A DNA stretch of 64,000 nt from an uncultured delta proteobacterium. Its GTDB lineage: Bacteria > Desulfobacterota > Binatia > DP-6. A program made the position numbers and the translations under genes. This document shows, in pieces, positions 59,053-64,000 of the stretch. Where the stretch lies: the NCBI GenBank assembly GCA_963815115.1, contig CAWFFN010000009.1:448001-512000 (forward strand). The letters are read 5' to 3'. Numbering within the stretch: position 1 is the stretch's first letter; each line of letters begins with the position of its first letter. Under the pieces are notes generated by a model. The model was not told the DNA's origin and made no database searches. It worked only from the letters and a program-made list of their open reading frames with translations.

Positions 59053-60573
59053 CTAGCGCCAGCCGTACAGCGCTCCCATCACGCGCTCCATCATCCGTGC
59101 CCGCCCCGGCGAGTACGGGAACCAGGGTTGCTCCCGCTTCCGCCGCCGCGACTCGACCAGGATCGCCTGCCGGACGCAGAACTGCCGCAGGCCCTCGGCG
59201 CCGCCGTGACGAGTCCCGACGCCGCTCTGCTTGACCCCGCCGAACGGCAGGCCGGGGATCCCGGCGGAGACGAGACACTCGTTGACGCACGCGTTGCCGC
59301 TCTCGATGCGCTGCGCGAGGGCGATGCCGCGCTCGACGTCACGCGTCCACACGCTGGCGTTGAGCCCGTAGCGGCTGTCGTTCGCGAGCCGCAGCGCCTC
59401 GTCGGCGTCGCGCACGGTCATGACCGGGACCACGGGCCCGAAGGTCTCCTCGCGCATGACGAGCATCGAGTGATCGACGCCGCCGAGGACCGTGGGCTCG
59501 TAGAAGTGTCCGGGACCGCTCCCGGTCCGCCGGCCGCCCAGCAGCACCTGTGCCCCCCTCGTCCGCGCATCGTCGACGTGGCGCTCGACGATCTCGATCT
59601 GCCTCGGGCTGGTGAACGCGCCGTAGTCGATGTCGGCGTCCGGACCGTTCGGCCCGACGCGCAGCACCCGCATCTGCTCGACGAGCTTCTCGGTGAAGGA
59701 CCGTGCGACGGGCTCCTCCACGTAGACCCGCTCGACCGACATGCAGACCTGGCCGGCCATCATGCAGCCGCCCCAGGCTGCGGCGCGGGCCGCACGGTCG
59801 AGGTCGGCGTCGCGCAGCACGATCATCGGATCCTTGCCGCCCAGCTCGAGCAGGACCGGGGTGAGGCGGCGGCTGGCTCGCTCCATCACGCGGCGTCCGG
59901 TCTCCGGCGAGCCGGTGACGCAGATCATGTCGACGTGGTCGACCAGCGCCGCCCCGGTGTCGCCGGCGCCGATGACCACCTGCAGGAGATCGGGCGGAAG
60001 GGCGCGCTGCATCGCCTCGACCGCGCGCTGCACGGCGAGTGGTGCCAGCTCCGAAGGCTTGATGACCACCGCGTTGCCCGCGAGCAGGGCCGGCACGGCG
60101 TCACCCAGAGCGAGGTTGAGGGGGGCGTTCCAGGGGCTGATGATGCCGACGACGCCGCGCGGGCGGTAGGCGACGAGCGCGCGTTTGCCGAGGAGCGGCC
60201 GCGAGCTGACGCGCTCGGTCGCCAGCCAGCGTGGCGCGCGCCGAACGAGTCCCCCGAGGTCGAGGCACACGCCCATCAGCTCGCCCACGACGTCGAAGCG
60301 GGCCTTGCCGGTCTCGCGCTCGAGGCGGTCGAAGATCTCGCGGCGCGCCCGCACCAGCTCGCGCCGGGCACGGCGGAGCATCCGGCCGTGTTCGCGGACG
60401 GGCAGCGCGCCCCAGGCGACCTGCGCAGCGCGGGCGCGCTCGACGGCGACTGCGACCGCCTCGGCGTCGTCGATCGCCAGCTCCTGGACGAGGCCCCCGC
60501 GCGCCGGATCGTGCACCCGAAGCGTCGCCGGGTGCAGGGCAGGCTCGCCGCTGACTCCTTGGGCCATGCTCAT
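59053..60573 (-). CDS. Aldehyde dehydrogenase
   Basis: 'ISPWNAP', 'TGS', 'LELGGKDP', 'AGQVCMSVER', 'EETFGP'. Confidence 0.92.
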   Translation of the reverse strand: MSMAQGVSGEPALHPATLRVHDPARGGLVQELAIDDAEAVAVAVERARAAQVAWGALPVREHGRMLRRARRELVRARREIFDRLERETGKARFDVVGELMGVCLDLGGLVRRAPRWLATERVSSRPLLGKRALVAYRPRGVVGIISPWNAPLNLALGDAVPALLAGNAVVIKPSELAPLAVQRAVEAMQRALPPDLLQVVIGAGDTGAALVDHVDMICVTGSPETGRRVMERASRRLTPVLLELGGKDPMIVLRDADLDRAARAAAWGGCMMAGQVCMSVERVYVEEPVARSFTEKLVEQMRVLRVGPNGPDADIDYGAFTSPRQIEIVERHVDDARTRGAQVLLGGRRTGSGPGHFYEPTVLGGVDHSMLVMREETFGPVVPVMTVRDADEALRLANDSRYGLNASVWTRDVERGIALAQRIESGNACVNECLVSAGIPGLPFGGVKQSGVGTRHGGAEGLRQFCVRQAILVESRRRKREQPWFPYSPGRARMMERVMGALYGWR

Positions 60574-60582
60574 CCTCCTCGC

Positions 60583-61008
60583 TCAGAACTGCATGCGGTA
60601 GAGCATGTAGTAGACGATCCAGCCGCTCGCGGCCACGTACAGCCAGATCGGCAGCGTCACGCGGGCCAGGCGGCGGTGCGCGCGGAAGTCGCGCTTCGCG
60701 AGCGCCAGGTAGATCAGCCGGACGGCGAGCGGGCCGACCACGATGGCGAGGATCACGTGCGGGATCAGGTTGGCGAAGTACAGGGTGCGCCACTCGCCGG
60801 TGCCCTCGAAGCGTTTCGTCCCGAAGACGGCCCAGCGCGTCACGTATGCGACCAGGAACAGACCGGCGAGGCTGGTCGCGAGGAGCATCACGTTGCGATG
60901 CCAGGCGACGCGCCGCGGCACGCGGATGAGGAACCATCCCGCGAGGAGGAACACGCCACTTCCCACGATGCATCCGGTGCTGATGAGGGTGAGACGCTCG
61001 AGCGTCAT
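60583..61008 (-). CDS. DUF420 family membrane protein
   Basis: 'H..ML.A...LFL..Y', 'H..LA', 'HRRLAR.T.PIWLYV..SG..VY..L'. Confidence 0.85.
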   Translation of the reverse strand: MTLERLTLISTGCIVGSGVFLLAGWFLIRVPRRVAWHRNVMLLATSLAGLFLVAYVTRWAVFGTKRFEGTGEWRTLYFANLIPHVILAIVVGPLAVRLIYLALAKRDFRAHRRLARVTLPIWLYVAASGWIVYYMLYRMQF

Positions 61009-61037
61009 CGCGTCACGTCATTCCACGGGCAGGGCGC

Positions 61038-61109
61038 AAGAAGAACCCCGACGGCCTTTTGCGGCTCCGAGAGCCGCCCCGCCGGTGATTGCGGGGGCCG
61101 CCGGGGTTC
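61038..61109 (-). terminator. Terminator-like branched stem-loop
   Basis: Minus strand GAACCCCGGCGGCC...GGCCGTCGGGGTTC-TTCTT with an internal GCGGCTC/GAGCCGC hairpin. Confidence 0.5.
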
Positions 61110-61162
61110 GGTGGTGCCTGGGTCCCCTAAGGGTGACCCAGCGACGTTGAAGCGGGTCGACC

Positions 61163-61207
61163 CTAGGAGGCCACCACCTCACAGATCACCGTAGGGGATA
61201 ACGTCAC
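61163..61207 (-). CDS. Candidate sORF MTLSPTVICEVVAS behind an extended Shine-Dalgarno
   Basis: AGAAAGGAGG-TGATCCA-GTG, 7-nt spacing, TAG stop. Confidence 0.45.
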   Translation of the reverse strand: MTLSPTVICEVVAS

Positions 61208-61354
61208 TGGATCACCTCCTTTCTTCCGGCGAGAGCACAGGCGGGCCCAAGCCCCGCCGCCGGAGTACGACCGCCGTTGCCGTCCTCCGACCCCGACCAC
61301 CGGCTTCGCCGGCTCTGAGGCCTGTGTACGCCCCGGTCGGGAACCCATGGCGAT

Positions 61355-61383
61355 AGCGTAGCGCCGAGACGGCTACGTGTAAA
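61355..61383 (-). promoter_or_regulatory. Sigma70-type promoter
   Basis: -35 TTTACA (61383-61378), 17-nt spacer, -10 TACGCT (61360-61355). Confidence 0.55.
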
Positions 61384-61394
61384 TCGCTTCGTGC

Positions 61395-62252
61395 TCACGC
61401 GCGGCCGGTCACCAGCCAGGCCGCGCCTTCCATGCGCACGCCGGCGCTCGTCTGGTACGGCGCGAGCGCCTCGCGCACCGCCGCCGCCACCGCCGCCCGA
61501 GCCGCGGGGTCGGCCTGGCGCATCGCGGCGCTGGTCGGCCCCACGCCGGTCAGCAGGATCTCGGTCACGTCGTCGAGGCCCTTCCCCCCGCCGATGGTGA
61601 GCATCGCGCGATGATCGGCGAACGCCAGGTCGGTGAAGCCGGCGCGCTCCAGGATGCCGCGAACTCGCGCCGCGTCGGCGAACGAGAGCGGCCCCGGCGC
61701 GCCGGGCTCGGGAGGCGGCGGCAGGGTGATGTGGCGCGCGGCGGCGGCGAGCGGAACCCGCATCCACGGATTGTCCGCCAGGGCTTGCCAGCAGACGAAG
61801 CCGAGCCGGCCACCCGGACGCAGCGCCGCGTGCAGGTTGGTGAACGCGGCCGCCGGCTCGACGAAGAACATCACGCCGAAGCGCGAGAAGCACACGTCGA
61901 AGCGCGCCGGCTCGAACCGTGTCGTCTGGGCGTCGGCGGCCTCGAAGGTCACGTTGCGGAGACCCGCGGCGCTGGCGCGCTCGCGCGCGCTGGCGAGCAT
62001 CACGGCGGAGAGGTCGACGCCGGTGACCGCGCCGGTCGGTCCGACGCGGCGGCCGAGCTCGACCGTCGAATCGCCGGTGCCACAGCCGACGTCGAGCACG
62101 CGCTCGCCCGGCGCGATGCCGGTTCGGTCCATCGCCGCCTGTCCGAGCGGTCGGATCTGCTGGTCGAGAACGTCCCTCAGTCCGACCCATTTCGGGCCGG
62201 CGGTCTCGTTCCAGTAGGTGATCTGCTCCGCGTTCGGACCGGTCGCCTGCAT
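61395..62252 (-). CDS. Class I SAM-dependent methyltransferase
   Basis: 'VLDVGCGTG', 'GVDLS..ML', 'FSRFGVMFF', 'LRPGGRL.FVCW'; an alternative start lies at 62291. Confidence 0.88.
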   Translation of the reverse strand: MQATGPNAEQITYWNETAGPKWVGLRDVLDQQIRPLGQAAMDRTGIAPGERVLDVGCGTGDSTVELGRRVGPTGAVTGVDLSAVMLASARERASAAGLRNVTFEAADAQTTRFEPARFDVCFSRFGVMFFVEPAAAFTNLHAALRPGGRLGFVCWQALADNPWMRVPLAAAARHITLPPPPEPGAPGPLSFADAARVRGILERAGFTDLAFADHRAMLTIGGGKGLDDVTEILLTGVGPTSAAMRQADPAARAAVAAAVREALAPYQTSAGVRMEGAAWLVTGRA

Positions 62253-62287
62253 GGGGCCCTCCTCGCCTCCCGCTTCGGGCTCACGAC

Positions 62288-64000
62288 TCATCGTCCGTTC
62301 CTCGCGCGGGCGATGTCGTCGATGCATTGCACCACGAGCGACGTCCATCCGGTCTGGTGGCTCGCGCCGCAGCCGCGACCGGTATCGCCGTGGAAGTACT
62401 CGTAGAGGAGCACCAGCTCGCGAAAGTGCGGATCATCGGCGTAGCGGCGCTCGTCGCCGTGACAGGGCCGCCGTCCCGCGGCGTCGGGGAGGAAGAGACT
62501 CGCCAGGCGGCGCCGGATCTCGCGCGCGGCCTCGAGGAGGGTCACGCGCCGGCCCGACCCCGTCGGCAGCTCCACCAGCAGGTCGTCGCCGTAGAAGTGG
62601 TGATATCGCTCCAGCGCCTCGACGAGGAGGTAGTTGAGCGGGAACCAGACGGGACCCCGCCAGTTCGAGTTCCCTCCGAAGATCCCGATGGTGGACTCTC
62701 CCGGCATGTAGCTCACGCCGAGGTTCTGCTCCTCGAAAACGCACTCGAATGGCTGGCTGGCGTGGATGCGGGAGAGCGAGCGGATCCCCCATGGGGAGAG
62801 GAACTCGTTCTCGTCGAGCAGGTAGCGCAGCAGACGCTCGAGCCGTGCGCGGGCGGGAATGGCGAGGAGGCGGCGGCCGTCGCTCTGCTGCATGCACGCG
62901 ATCTGGTAGGCCAGGTCGCTGCGGTTCTCGAGGAACCATCGCATGCGCTTCGAGAACGCCGGCAGGCGGTCGAGCGTGTCCTGCTCGAGCACCTCGACGG
63001 CAATGAGCGGGATCAACCCCACCAGCGAGCGGATGCGCAGCGGCAGGTTTCGCCCGTCGGCATGGAGCTGGTCGTAGTAGAAGCCGTCCTCGTCGTTCCA
63101 CAGGCCCGTCCCACCGAGCTCGTTCATGGCATCGGCGATGGCGACGAAGTGCTCGAAGAACTTGGACGCCATGTCCTCGCAGGCGGGATACTCGTGCGAC
63201 AGCTCGAGCGCCATCGACAGCAGCGTGCCGCAGTAGAATGCCATCCAGGCGGTGCCGTCGGCTTGCTCGAGATTCGCGCCGTTGCGCAGCGGCCGCGAGC
63301 GGTCGAAGACGCCGATGTTGTCGAGACCGAGGAAGCCGCCGCCGAAGAGGTTGTTGCCCTCGACGTCCTTGCGGTTCACCCACCAGGTGAAGTTGAGGAT
63401 GCACTTCTGGAAGACCCGGGCGAGAAACATGGTGTCACGCTCGCCGCGCGCGGCGGTCATCTTGTAGACGCGCCAGGCCGCCCACGCGTGCACCGGCGGG
63501 TTGACGTCGCCGAACGCGAACTCGTAGGCCGGAAGCTGCCCGTTCGGGTGCATGAACCATTCGCGCAGGAAGAGCACGAGCTGCTCCTTGGCGAAGTGCG
63601 GATCGGCGCGCGCGAAGACGACCGTGTGAAAGGCGAGGTCCCACGCGGCGTACCACGGATACTCCCACGCGTCCGGCACCGAGATGATGTCGCGGTTGTA
63701 GAGGTGCCGCCAGTCGGCGTTGCGTCCGGTCTTGCGCGCGGCCGGCGGCGGTGGCTGTCCCGGATCGCCGTCGAGCCATGCCGCGACCGAGTAGCCATAG
63801 AACTGCTTGGTCCAGAACAGCCCGGCGCTGGCCTGCCGCGCGACCCGCAGCTCGGCATCCGTGGCCCCGGACGCGACGAGCGTGGCGTGGAACGCGTCGG
63901 CCTCGGCCCGCCGCATCGCGAAGGTCTCGGCGAAGTTGCCGTCGAACGGGGTGCGCGGCGCTTCCGCGTCGGCGGAGAGCCGCAGCCGGACGACGGCTTC
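62288..64000 (-). CDS. GH63/MGH1-like glycoside hydrolase, 5' part outside the window
   Basis: 'WEYPWYAAWDLAFH', 'DVNPPVHAWA', 'GGFLGLDNIG', 'FGGNSNWRGPVW', 'GASHQTGWT'. Confidence 0.9.
   Translation of the reverse strand, partial: EAVVRLRLSADAEAPRTPFDGNFAETFAMRRAEADAFHATLVASGATDAELRVARQASAGLFWTKQFYGYSVAAWLDGDPGQPPPPAARKTGRNADWRHLYNRDIISVPDAWEYPWYAAWDLAFHTVVFARADPHFAKEQLVLFLREWFMHPNGQLPAYEFAFGDVNPPVHAWAAWRVYKMTAARGERDTMFLARVFQKCILNFTWWVNRKDVEGNNLFGGGFLGLDNIGVFDRSRPLRNGANLEQADGTAWMAFYCGTLLSMALELSHEYPACEDMASKFFEHFVAIADAMNELGGTGLWNDEDGFYYDQLHADGRNLPLRIRSLVGLIPLIAVEVLEQDTLDRLPAFSKRMRWFLENRSDLAYQIACMQQSDGRRLLAIPARARLERLLRYLLDENEFLSPWGIRSLSRIHASQPFECVFEEQNLGVSYMPGESTIGIFGGNSNWRGPVWFPLNYLLVEALERYHHFYGDDLLVELPTGSGRRVTLLEAAREIRRRLASLFLPDAAGRRPCHGDERRYADDPHFRELVLLYEYFHGDTGRGCGASHQTGWTSLVVQCIDDIARARNGR

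Larger units (their letters stand above)
61038..61348 (-). ncRNA. Candidate ~310-nt structured RNA with 16S rRNA 3'-end complementarity and a 14-codon sORF
   Basis: Upstream TTTACA-17-TACGCT; several hairpins; AGAAAGGAGGTGATCCAG-N8-TCCCCTACGG; terminal stem followed by TTCTT. Confidence 0.55.

Noticed and set aside
61189-61224. 16S rRNA gene or fragment
   Set aside because: Only two short blocks match. The flanks lack the adjacent universal 16S sequence (e.g. GTCGTAACAAGG), and the promoter/terminator point to the opposite strand.
61038-61348. tmRNA, 6S, SRP or RNase P RNA
   Set aside because: No tRNA-like GGGG...CCA ends, no ALAA-type tag, and no SRP or RNase P conserved motifs were recognised.

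Overview
High-GC bacterial chromosomal window; the gene content and many Cys-rich secreted proteins suggest a Binatia/Myxococcota-like deltaproteobacterium (inference). In order it holds: a partial PDZ membrane sensor; a DUF2760 + two atypical Hsp70 operon; a frameshifted HAMP adenylate cyclase; a GH3 beta-glucosidase with a Cys-rich N-terminus; glk/zwf; CoA-transferases; a complete TonB-dependent uptake operon (TBDR-tonB-exbB-exbD-exbD) divergent from a cluster of Cys-rich exported proteins; a cytochrome c/copper monooxygenase-like fusion; LLM/F420-type oxidoreductases; ALDHs; an RhlB-like helicase; an M16 peptidase; and a partial GH63. Three observations stand out. (1) A ~310-nt promoter-to-terminator intergenic unit (61038-61348, minus strand) is complementary, in exact register, to the 16S rRNA 3' end (anti-SD plus helix 45) and contains a 14-codon sORF. 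(2) Six secreted proteins share a C-terminal cohesin-like domain beside a dockerin-like protein and the TonB system, with PhoB/OmpR-like 11-bp repeats nearby. (3) Two copies of a CTAG-bounded MITE-like element sit at stop codons. All family assignments come from recognising motifs by eye, not from database searches.
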